Notes under the pieces: model-generated
The model's database searches: none
Told to the model about the DNA's origin: nothing
What the model saw: only the letters and a program-made list of their open reading frames with translations
Virus record (IMG/VR): IMGVR_UViG_3300035670_000065
Span: 47,993-111,992 of that record
DNA: 64,000 nucleotides
Direction: 5' to 3' (one strand)
DNA from: a virus
Translations under genes and position numbers: made by a program
Part shown: positions 29,722-38,398 of the stretch, one piece after another
Layout of the letters: each line of letters starts with the position of its first letter
Position numbering within the stretch: position 1 is the first letter of the stretch

Positions 29722-30265
29722 GTGTGAAAATTTTGGATGGGTGTGGACACGATGCTACACCTTAGGGTCGATAGCGAAAAAACCAAAATATTTTCTCTGC
29801 GTGCTACACTTGTTACACCTTAGGGTCAGTCGAAAAATCTCATAATATTTTCTCTGGGGGTGGGCCCTGCTGTTGTAGGAAAACAACAAGTCTACTAACC
29901 CCCTCTATTATAGCACACTTCCTTCTCACGTGTCAAATCAAATTTTCTTATGTATATAATAAACTTTCCTTATATGCCTGGAGCATACCCTGGCCCTGTT
30001 ACAATTTGTTACAATTAGATGCTTGCATTGCGATGCGAATCGGAGCATAATAGCTTCATTGGATGACTAACGAGGTAACACGAAATGACACAGAAACTGT
30101 TTAACGCATACGCAACAAAGCATGGCATCTTCACCGCTATCTCGTTGTTCCATGTGCTCACGCAAGACAAGGCTCTCATCAAGAATTTGGTTACAGAATT
30201 TCGCACTTGATTTTGTTGTTTAACTGATTTATAATAGATTCTTACACACTACGAAAGGAAACAAA

Positions 30266-30610
30266 ATGACTACCAAAACCGTGAATTACACTCCTGAGCA
30301 AACTGCTGCCGTTGTTGCTGATTACCAAGCAGGCGTGAGCGTTGAGCAAATTGCTGTTGCTGTGGGCAAGAGCGTGCGAAGCGTGGTTGCGAAACTGTCA
30401 CGTGAGGGCGTATATGCCAAGAAGGTATATACTACGAAGAACGGTGATGCCGTTGTCAAGAAGGACGCACTAGCGTCTGAGCTGATGCTGTTGGTCGGTC
30501 TGACCGAGGCCGAGGCCGATAGCTTGGCTAAGGCTAACAAGACAGCGTTGGCTAAGATCGTGGCCGTTGTCAAGGCTAACGTGGTGAGCGATGCTAATGA
30601 CGTAAGCTAA
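30266..30610 (+). CDS. T5 A2/D3-like DNA-binding protein, paralogue 1
   Basis: NYTPEQTA...IAVAVGKSVRSVVAKLSREGVY HTH-like motif. Confidence 0.7.
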   Translation: MTTKTVNYTPEQTAAVVADYQAGVSVEQIAVAVGKSVRSVVAKLSREGVYAKKVYTTKNGDAVVKKDALASELMLLVGLTEAEADSLAKANKTALAKIVAVVKANVVSDANDVS

Positions 30611-30673
30611 TAGCATAACATTATGCCGATGGCGTAAGCTGTCGGCATAATGTTAGCATTATGTGAAGCGAAT

Positions 30674-30743
30674 AAAAAAGGCCTTATAAATCAAGGACTT
30701 AGGCCAGGGGCCTGGCTAACCTATTGATTTATAAGGCTTTTTT
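30674..30743. repeat. 70-bp palindromic element, copy 1 of 5 (inverted pair of IHF-consensus sites)
   Basis: AATCAAGGACTTA-15-TAACCTATTGATT flanked by A/T tracts. Confidence 0.85.
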
Positions 30744-31302
30744 GGGTGTTGTAAAAATACCACAGGCGCGCCATTATACCACATCCCCCTAGGGATGTCA
30801 AATAGAATGTTTTTATAATCAGCATAAGGTGAGCTTATATGCTGTTAGCATACTAGCCTATGCTAACAGCATAATGACACGAGCATACCCTGGCCGATTC
30901 CTGTTACATCTTGTTACAATTAGGCGCTTGCATTTCCTGGGCGATGAGAGCATAATACATTCATTGGATAAATGAATGAAAGGAAACAAAATGTTCGGAA
31001 GCACTTTTAACAGCAATTACATCATCGCGATGATGGACGTTTATTTCGAATCCGTAGAAGATACTAATCTCGGAATGGAAGAAACTGTTTATATTCTTTT
31101 TAGCATGGGATGCGAGATCTAATCATGTTTAACATTATTCTTACCGATACTTATAACGACTATTCAAAGACGGTTTTCCGTTCTAATTCGCGTGAAATGG
31201 CAATTCAGATTCGCGATGAAATGAATCGCTTGAATGCTGAGGCTGCCCGCTTGACTGGTCGCGCTATCCGTTATGCTTATTCGATTCTTCAGGTAAAATA
31301 AA

Positions 31303-31686
31303 ATGGCTAAATATGATACCGTTAAATTGCAGCGCATCGCGGAAACGTGGGCGATGGAATGGTGGAAGGCTGCGCGTAAAATATGGGGTGATAATATCGG
31401 CGCAATGCCTGCAATTAGAATGAATCCGCGTTTAACTGCTACGGGCGGGCGTGCATTCCTAGATCATAACTATTGCGATTTTTCATGTTATCTCATGGAA
31501 CGGGAACCGGACTATTATAAATCAAATACTATTCCGCATGAATTGGCGCATCATATTGCATGGCGTTTATATAAAGATAATGGACACGGCAAGGCATGGA
31601 AGGACGTTTCTAAAATGTTATATGGCGATGATAATCGCTGTCACTCCATGGGAACAAAATACCATCATCAAAAGGCGGGTAAATAA
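31303..31686 (+). CDS. SprT-like zinc metalloprotease
   Basis: RLTATGGRA...IPHELAH...HGKAWK. Confidence 0.8.
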   Translation: MAKYDTVKLQRIAETWAMEWWKAARKIWGDNIGAMPAIRMNPRLTATGGRAFLDHNYCDFSCYLMEREPDYYKSNTIPHELAHHIAWRLYKDNGHGKAWKDVSKMLYGDDNRCHSMGTKYHHQKAGK

Positions 31687-31791
31687 TATGCTTGGGCTAA
31701 TAATGTTTATTTCAATTATGATACTTATCAATGCCGTATTATTGGAAATATATTACGACGATGACTAGGCAAGGAACGTGCCAGGAGCAAT

Positions 31792-31865
31792 AAGAAAAAG
31801 GCCTTTAGAATCAAGGACTTACGGGGGCCCTGGCCTAAGCCTTTGATTTATAAGGCTTTTTTCTT
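31792..31865. repeat. Palindromic IHF-pair element, copy 2
   Basis: AATCAAGGACTTA-14-TAAGCCTTTGATT. Confidence 0.85.
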
Positions 31866-32106
31866 GCACTTGTCATTATGAAATGTTTTTATGGGCACAT
31901 AAGCGCAGCTTATGGGGTGCGCCAAAATTATACCACACTATTTGACCACGGTCAAATCAAATGTTTTTATGAAGGGCATAAGCCTGGCTTATGATGCTTG
32001 TTACAATTTGTTACAATTCCTGGGCGATTATTTTCAAAAAACGCTTGCATTCTTTTCTGGAAGGACTATAATTCTCTACATGGACACAACGAAAGGAAAC
32101 AGCAAG

Positions 32107-32571
32107 ATGATTAAAAAGGTTGAAATTTTCGACATGGATGGCACGATTGTTGATTCGACGCATCGCTATCGGACAATGCCATGTGGCACGAAAATTGATT
32201 TGCAATTCTGGCGTGATAATCAAGATAAGGCAATGGATGATAAACTGTTGCCGCTTGCGGATTACTATAAGGAATGCTTGGCAAATCCTAATGTTTATGT
32301 TATTATTGCGACTGCGCGTGTATTAAATGAACCGGATTATAAATTTATTAACGAAATTCTCGGAAAACCAGATTATATTATTTCTCGCAAACCCGATTCT
32401 AACATTTCTGGCGGGTTGCTTAAAATAAATGGATTGGCTAAATTCTTTAATCTTCGCAATTTCAAAAACGCAACATTCACTTTTTATGAGGATAATGTAA
32501 GCTACTTAAAAGCGGTTTGCGATAAATTCAATATAAACGGCGTATATTGTCCGTCGAAACAGGGGCACTAA
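32107..32571 (+). CDS. HAD-family phosphatase (PNK 3'-phosphatase/nucleotidase-like)
   Basis: IFDMDGT motif I, ATAR motif II, FYEDN motif IV; ATG at 32107 after an AAGGA RBS. Confidence 0.8.
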   Translation: MIKKVEIFDMDGTIVDSTHRYRTMPCGTKIDLQFWRDNQDKAMDDKLLPLADYYKECLANPNVYVIIATARVLNEPDYKFINEILGKPDYIISRKPDSNISGGLLKINGLAKFFNLRNFKNATFTFYEDNVSYLKAVCDKFNINGVYCPSKQGH

Positions 32572-32719
32572 AATGATAGAAAAGATTTTCAATTTTGTAT
32601 CAATAATCGTTATTTTTCTGTTTATTACGATTGTTCCCTATGCTTGCACTACTAAAATAGTTAATCTGTAATTAAACGCGATAATCCGGCGATTCCGGTA
32701 TTAAATAAAGGGTAATAAA

Positions 32720-33415
32720 ATGAGCAAAAAACAATTTTTTCTAATCGTTGATACTGAAACCACAATTACAGATAAGGTTTTTGATTTTGGCGCAATTGTT
32801 GCAGATCGCAATGGTAATATCGTGGCGCAATGCGCGGTTATCGTTTCGGATTTTATGGGCGATGAATTGTTTTATGATGCAAAAGATAATGGTTTTTGGG
32901 GTAAAAAGGCTGCCGTTGAACGTAAAATTAAATATGATGCAATGGTTAAATCCGGTGCTCGGATGGTTGCATCTGCTAATGCTGTGAATCGTTGGCTTGA
33001 AAAAGTTGCTGCAAAATATAATCCTACTCTCACGGCTTATAATCTTGCATTTGATCGCAATAAATGCGCGAATACTGGAATTGATTTAACCATGTTCTCG
33101 AATTCTTTTTGTTTGTGGCATTTGTCTTGCGCGGTATTTGCTAAGACTAAGGGTTATCGTCAATTTGTTTTGAATAATCATTATTTTGGTAATCGTACCG
33201 ATAAGGGCAATATGACTTATAAAACAAATGCTGAAGTTATGGCGCATTATGTTATCGGACAATTTAGCGAAGAACCGCATACAGCATTAGAAGACGCACA
33301 ATTTTATGAATTGCCAATTTTGGTTTCTATTCTAAAGAAACGCGATTATAAAGATAAAATCGGTCAAGCTTATAATTGGAAAGATTACCAATTAAAAGAT
33401 AATTTCACGGCTTAA
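32720..33415 (+). CDS. DEDDh 3'-5' exonuclease
   Basis: IVDTET, AYNLAFD, HTALEDA. Confidence 0.85.
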   Translation: MSKKQFFLIVDTETTITDKVFDFGAIVADRNGNIVAQCAVIVSDFMGDELFYDAKDNGFWGKKAAVERKIKYDAMVKSGARMVASANAVNRWLEKVAAKYNPTLTAYNLAFDRNKCANTGIDLTMFSNSFCLWHLSCAVFAKTKGYRQFVLNNHYFGNRTDKGNMTYKTNAEVMAHYVIGQFSEEPHTALEDAQFYELPILVSILKKRDYKDKIGQAYNWKDYQLKDNFTA

Positions 33416-33503
33416 TAAGCCGTTATAATAGCCGGATTATATCCGGCTATTATTTCGCCCAGGCCTGTTACAATTTGTTACAATTTTTCTATGCTCCCAG
33501 CAT

Positions 33504-33575
33504 CGAAAAAACCCTTTAAAATCAAGGACTTAGGCCAGGGCCTGGCTAACTCATTGATTTTAAAGGCTTTTTTCG
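33504..33575. repeat. Palindromic IHF-pair element, copy 3
   Basis: AATCAAGGACTTA-14-TAACTCATTGATT. Confidence 0.85.
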
Positions 33576-33828
33576 GGTGGTGGCTGGCACGGTTATTGCT
33601 CTGTTACATCTTGTTACAATTCCTGGGGCGTATCATGCAAAAAATGCTTGACTTCGCTATCCGTGGGCGTATAATTCACTACATGGACAAACAACAAGGA
33701 AACAGCAAAATGAACAACGACAAAATTTATATCTACAACCGCGAATGGAAATGCGTGAATAATGCACTGGCTGCGTTTATTCTAATAAAGGTTTCGGGTT
33801 ACACTCTCATGGCTAAAGGTAAATAATA

Positions 33829-34038
33829 ATGATTAAATGGATTGGAACAATTGCGGGAATTATCGGTTCCCTATTGGTTGCGATGAATAACGGTTTGCAG
33901 TTTATCGGATATTCTGCTTTCCTGATTGGTGCGGTATCGTGGCTAATCGCTTCTATTCAAAATAAGGATAAAGCGGGAATCGCACAATGGGGATTTTTTA
34001 CTGCCGTAAATATTATGGGGATTATAAATTATGTTTGA
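33829..34038 (+). CDS. Small membrane protein
   Basis: 69 aa with about three hydrophobic segments. Confidence 0.55.
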   Translation: MIKWIGTIAGIIGSLLVAMNNGLQFIGYSAFLIGAVSWLIASIQNKDKAGIAQWGFFTAVNIMGIINYV

Positions 34039-34151
34039 TTTGGTCGATGAAATGATGGGGGAAGAATTGGTTGATTTTGAAACTTTGGAATCTGCCGGAT
34101 TAGAAGATTCTTATTGCGGGGATACTGTTCCCGCTGCACAAAAGGCATATT

Positions 34152-34496
34152 ATGATGATGAACAATAAAGAATTAGAGGTTTTAGATTTTGCTTATGACT
34201 TCTGCAATATGATGAAATGGGAATTACCAATCGAACGCGTTAGAATAACCAAAATGATGCGTTATAAGGGATTATGCACAAATGACGGCGAGCGCATTTA
34301 TCTGGTATTATCCGAAACGACTAACGAAGATAATAAAGACTTTTTCGCTACGCTAATTCATGAGTTAATCCATGCGAAATTGATTATGACAAAGCACTGG
34401 AAAAAGGCGCATAAACATGGTAAATTGTTTAAGCGAATAGCTAAGAAAATCGAAAAGAAAACAAATGGATTTTATACTGTAAAGGAAATAATATAA
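34152..34496 (+). CDS. SprT-like zinc metalloprotease (second copy)
   Basis: TLIHELIH...HGKLFK. Confidence 0.75.
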   Translation: MMMNNKELEVLDFAYDFCNMMKWELPIERVRITKMMRYKGLCTNDGERIYLVLSETTNEDNKDFFATLIHELIHAKLIMTKHWKKAHKHGKLFKRIAKKIEKKTNGFYTVKEII

Positions 34497-34519
34497 CCGC
34501 CGAAAGGCGGTTTTTTATT
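34495..34519 (+). terminator. Intrinsic terminator
   Basis: aaccgcc-gaaa-ggcggtt plus T-tract; an identical hairpin lies at about 35624-35648. Confidence 0.8.
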
Positions 34520-34579
34520 GCCATATAATCCAGGCTGGCACGATTCTTGCGCCGAAATTTTCGTGCCAGGCAGGGCCAG

Positions 34580-34649
34580 AAAAAAGCCTTTAAAATCAAG
34601 GACTTAGGCGGGCCCCTGGCGTAAGTCATTGATTACAAAGGGAATTTTT
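34580..34649. repeat. Palindromic IHF-pair element, copy 4
   Basis: AATCAAGGACTTA-15-TAAGTCATTGATT. Confidence 0.8.
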
Positions 34650-34901
34650 AGGTGCTCGTCATAATATGCCTGGAGGATGCTTTAGGTTTCAAGTAATGAT
34701 GGAGGCATTATGCACATGGGATACTTGACATTTCAAATAAGACCTGGGCATCCTGTTCTGTTACATCCTGTTACACTTCCTGGCGCACAATGTTGAAAAA
34801 ACGCTTGCAATATTTTTGGAAGGGCGTATAATTCTTTACATCGGATGATGAACTGACCTAGCGAAACCCGATACTCTCAATCAGGTCAAGGAGAATCAAA
34901 A

Positions 34902-35258
34902 ATGGCTGCTAAAACGACTGTTGCGAACTACTCGGACGATCAAGTTGCCCGCATCGAACAAGCTGCGGTTGCGGCTGGTGGCAAAATCAATGCCGCTGTT
35001 GCTGAAATGCTTGCGGTTGAAATGGCGAAATCGGTTCGCTCACTGGTTGCGAAAGCCTCGCGTATGGGCCTCTACGCTGCGAAAACCTACGTTCGCAAGG
35101 ATGATACTCCGGTTCAGAAAAAGGATGAGTTTGCGACTGCGATTGGTAACATTCTTCGTCTGAGCGAAGCTGATACCGACTCGCTTGCGAAAGCTAATCG
35201 CAAGGGGCTGCAGGCGATATTTAACGCCCTTGCGAATTCAACTCCGATTGACGGCTAA
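34902..35258 (+). CDS. T5 A2/D3-like DNA-binding protein, paralogue 2
   Basis: NYSDDQ...KSVRSLVAKASRMGLY...KKD...DSLAKAN; clearly paralogous to 30266. Confidence 0.7.
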   Translation: MAAKTTVANYSDDQVARIEQAAVAAGGKINAAVAEMLAVEMAKSVRSLVAKASRMGLYAAKTYVRKDDTPVQKKDEFATAIGNILRLSEADTDSLAKANRKGLQAIFNALANSTPIDG

Positions 35259-35731
35259 TCGGTAAAAGGTTTGCCGGATTACCTTGGAAATCCGGCTTAT
35301 TCTAATAAGGGATTATATTATGATGCGACTGACTCTTGATTATTCTGATTTTGGCGTCGATTCGATTGTAGATAGCGAATCGGTTATTGTTGAGAAACTC
35401 GAAAAGAAACTCGAAGATGAATTCTGTAATTGGGATATTGATATGGCTTTTGATTGGGATACTCTGCAACTCGATCACGTTAATGGTTATATTGAAATCG
35501 GGTTTTCCGAATTTAACTAAGGGGATACAATGAGCGAATATGATACCTATATGATGATTGAAGAATACGTCTGGTTTATTCAATTTATACTCCAGATGCT
35601 AGGATTAGATATTGAATTCTTTTAACCGCCGAAAGGCGGTTTTTATTTGTCTGGGCAACTCTTATATAAGACATAAGAACTCTTATATAAGACCTGTCTT
35701 ATGTCTTATATAAGACCCAGGAGCCTCACTA

Positions 35732-35807
35732 ACGAAAAAAGCCTTTAAAATCAAGGACTTAGCCCAGGGCCCCCATAACCTATTGATTTGTCAAGACTAT
35801 TTTTCGT
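35732..35807. repeat. Palindromic IHF-pair element, copy 5
   Basis: AATCAAGGACTTA-14-TAACCTATTGATT. Confidence 0.8.
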
Positions 35808-36865
35808 AACCACCGGCCTCGGCGTGGAAGTGAGCACTCACTCCCGACCCTAAATTGTAGCAAGTTTCGTGCCACCGAAAAGAGGATAAACCTGTCCCAA
35901 TTTAGGGTCAATGTGTTGCGTGGAACCAACAGGTGTATGTTTCACGCAACACCGGAGGTGAGCACTCACTTCGCACCTGGCGCGGTGCGCCCCAGTGCAA
36001 AAACTTCAAGTGCAAAATCTCCATGGTTCTGCGCCCATTATAGCAAGTGCAAAACCTCTGTGTCAAGATCAAATTTTTAAGCCCTGACCCTAAATTGAGC
36101 AAATACCTCCAGCCACAGCCCGCCTGCGCCGGCCGCCGCAAGTGCAAAAACTTCAGTGTGGCCGCTGCAACTTAGGGTCAGGGCTGTCAAGATTATTTTT
36201 TAAGAGCCACCTGCGCCCATTATACTCCGGCACCTCCCCAATTGTCAAGACAGGATTTCTGACCCTAAATTGGGCAAAGTCGAGCAGATTCGAGTAAAAG
36301 CGAGCATATTTGAGCAATTTGATGCAATTTGCGTTAATTTAGGGTCAGGACGTAGCAAATTGGACCACCAATAAAAAATCGGGGGTAGGCTACTTTGTAA
36401 GCAGTTACAACCTGCGTAATTTCCGTCTTGATTTAGAATCCTGGTCAGCGTATAATACTAATCATTGGGAGAGAAAAATATCTTCCTGGTGTCAGAGAAG
36501 AAAAATTGAACTTGAAGAACGATGATTAAGCGTTTATAATATGTAAATGATGTGAGAGAAAGGGAACGATATGAATGATGAACAAGTCACATCGCTTTGG
36601 TACGATACGACTGAAACCTGGGGTGTTACCGTAGATGAAGCACAATTCGTGACATTGCAAGATACCTTAGTAGCTTTCGACTTACTTGAAGATTTTGAGT
36701 TTTGAAAATTTGATGTTGATTCAGTAACTGAGACGCTTTATAATACTTACATAGGGTGATGAAACAGACTGACCCTAAATTGAACGAACTGTAACAGACT
36801 GACCCTAAGTTGAACAAACTATAGCAAACTTTTATATCACTAACCAGTCCAAGGAGACTCTAATT

Positions 36866-37165
36866 ATGACCACCAAGACCGTGAACTACACCCCCGAAAT
36901 GACTGCCGCTGTTATTGATGCTTACAAGAACGGTGATACCGTCGAAGCAATCGCTGTTGCAACCGGTAAGTCCGTCCGTTCCATCGTTGCAAAGCTGTCC
37001 CGCGAAGGTGTCTACGCAGCGAAAGCGAAGACTGCGGGTGCTGTAAAGGGTGCTACCAAAACCGAGCTGGTTGCTCAGATTGCTGAAAAGCACGGTGTCG
37101 AAGCTGACGCACTTGCTGGACTCGAAAAGGTAAACAAGGACGTATTGCTTATCCTGTGTTCCTGA
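36866..37165 (+). CDS. T5 A2/D3-like DNA-binding protein, paralogue 3
   Basis: MTTKTVNYTPE...GKSVRSIVAKLSREGVY, N-terminus nearly identical to 30266. Confidence 0.7.
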   Translation: MTTKTVNYTPEMTAAVIDAYKNGDTVEAIAVATGKSVRSIVAKLSREGVYAAKAKTAGAVKGATKTELVAQIAEKHGVEADALAGLEKVNKDVLLILCS

Positions 37166-37305
37166 CCCTCCTGGGTTGACCCTAAATTGCAGCAAGCAGT
37201 AGCTCCAGATCGAAAGGTCTGGAGCTTTTTTATTATTGTATAAAAAGACAAAGAGCTCTTATTTTGCATAATAAAAAAGGGAGCCGATTTCTCAGCCCCC
37301 TTAAC

Positions 37306-37638
37306 TTAAATCTTCTCCCGCAGCGACTTCTCAATTAAAATCAATGCAGTTTTCGTTACCTTCTCCATCGACTCTAATAAATCAATATTCAAATCCAATA
37401 GAGTAGCGATGCGTTGGATATATTCTTCTTTACGAACAGGGGGTTCCCCCCGTTTATTTAAGTACTCTTTCTTTTTATAAATTCCTAGAGAACTCAGCTT
37501 AGCGATAATTGACCTAGGTGGAATTTGCTCATTCACTTGTTCAGATACCCAGTCTGCTATTTGCTCAATACTTTTTCCAGACTTATAGTCTGATACAACT
37601 TGATTAGTTATCTCTATAGTGTATTTCATATTACTCAT
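37306..37638 (-). CDS. T5 A2/D3-like protein, paralogue 4
   Basis: RSIIAKLSSLGIYKKKEY...SMEKVTKTAL. Confidence 0.6.
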   Translation of the reverse strand: MSNMKYTIEITNQVVSDYKSGKSIEQIADWVSEQVNEQIPPRSIIAKLSSLGIYKKKEYLNKRGEPPVRKEEYIQRIATLLDLNIDLLESMEKVTKTALILIEKSLREKI

Positions 37639-38398
37639 CCCAAGGTAGTCTTGTGCCAGTCTTTGCTGGAGCTAAGTCTGAACTAATTAAGGATTTAGGT
37701 GTCTCATCCCAATTACTCGGATTTAGTACCATATACTCATGTCTAAAACTAGGATGAGCTAACCAAACTTGGGTTAACATAATCTTAGCTAACCTAGGAA
37801 GCTTATCAAACTCATCAATCCCAGTAACTGTAATACTTGTAACACTAACAGGATTCTTAACCGTTCCTGCTTTATCACCAGTTTTAACAGTCGACCCTAA
37901 CTTGCGTAATTCTAGTAACTCATCAGGAGTATAGCTAGGGGGATTACAGGTCATTGCAGAGTATAAATCCTTATCAGTAACAGTTTGAACATTAATCCAA
38001 GTGCTGTAAGGAATACTTTGATACTTCTTAAATGCAGCTAGGAATAAAGGAACTAAAGCACTAAAAGGAATCATGTCATCTGATGTAGCTTTAACTCCCG
38101 TAGGAATAATTGTTCCTCTAGGAGTAGACATCAAATAGAACAACAAACCCTTCAACCAATCTGACCCTAAATCGCAGCTAGCTAAAGCATTCTTGATTGT
38201 TAGTACTGCGTCATTCTTACCATTACTATCTTTCACTGCCTTCCAATTACCAATGTATGCTAAAGCTTGGGGTAAAGCCCAGGTGCTGTATTTAGCAAAA
38301 GCCTTGCGTTGATCAGTACCATCTGGACCATCTTCATAAACCAGTTGAAACGGTACACTCTTCAAATCCTTCTTACTTAGGGTAAATATCTTATTCAT
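37631..38398 (-). CDS. T5 D2-like protein
   Basis: WALPQ and SALVPLFLAAFKKYQ.IPYSTW motifs recalled from T5-like D2; adjacent to a D3-like gene. Confidence 0.55.
   Translation of the reverse strand: MNKIFTLSKKDLKSVPFQLVYEDGPDGTDQRKAFAKYSTWALPQALAYIGNWKAVKDSNGKNDAVLTIKNALASCDLGSDWLKGLLFYLMSTPRGTIIPTGVKATSDDMIPFSALVPLFLAAFKKYQSIPYSTWINVQTVTDKDLYSAMTCNPPSYTPDELLELRKLGSTVKTGDKAGTVKNPVSVTSITVTGIDEFDKLPRLAKIMLTQVWLAHPSFRHEYMVLNPSNWDETPKSLISSDLAPAKTGTRLPWDE

Noticed and set aside
29761-29827. TTAGGG as a telomeric repeat
   Set aside because: Never tandem; it is part of the dispersed GACCCTAA motif.
30674-35807. Palindromic repeats as a CRISPR array or MITEs
   Set aside because: Spaced over 1 kb apart with genes in between; no spacer periodicity, cas genes, transposase or target-site duplications seen.
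36358-36373. AATTGGACCACCAAT as a PdhR/FadR-family operator
   Set aside because: Single copy and one base shorter than the consensus; too weak to support.
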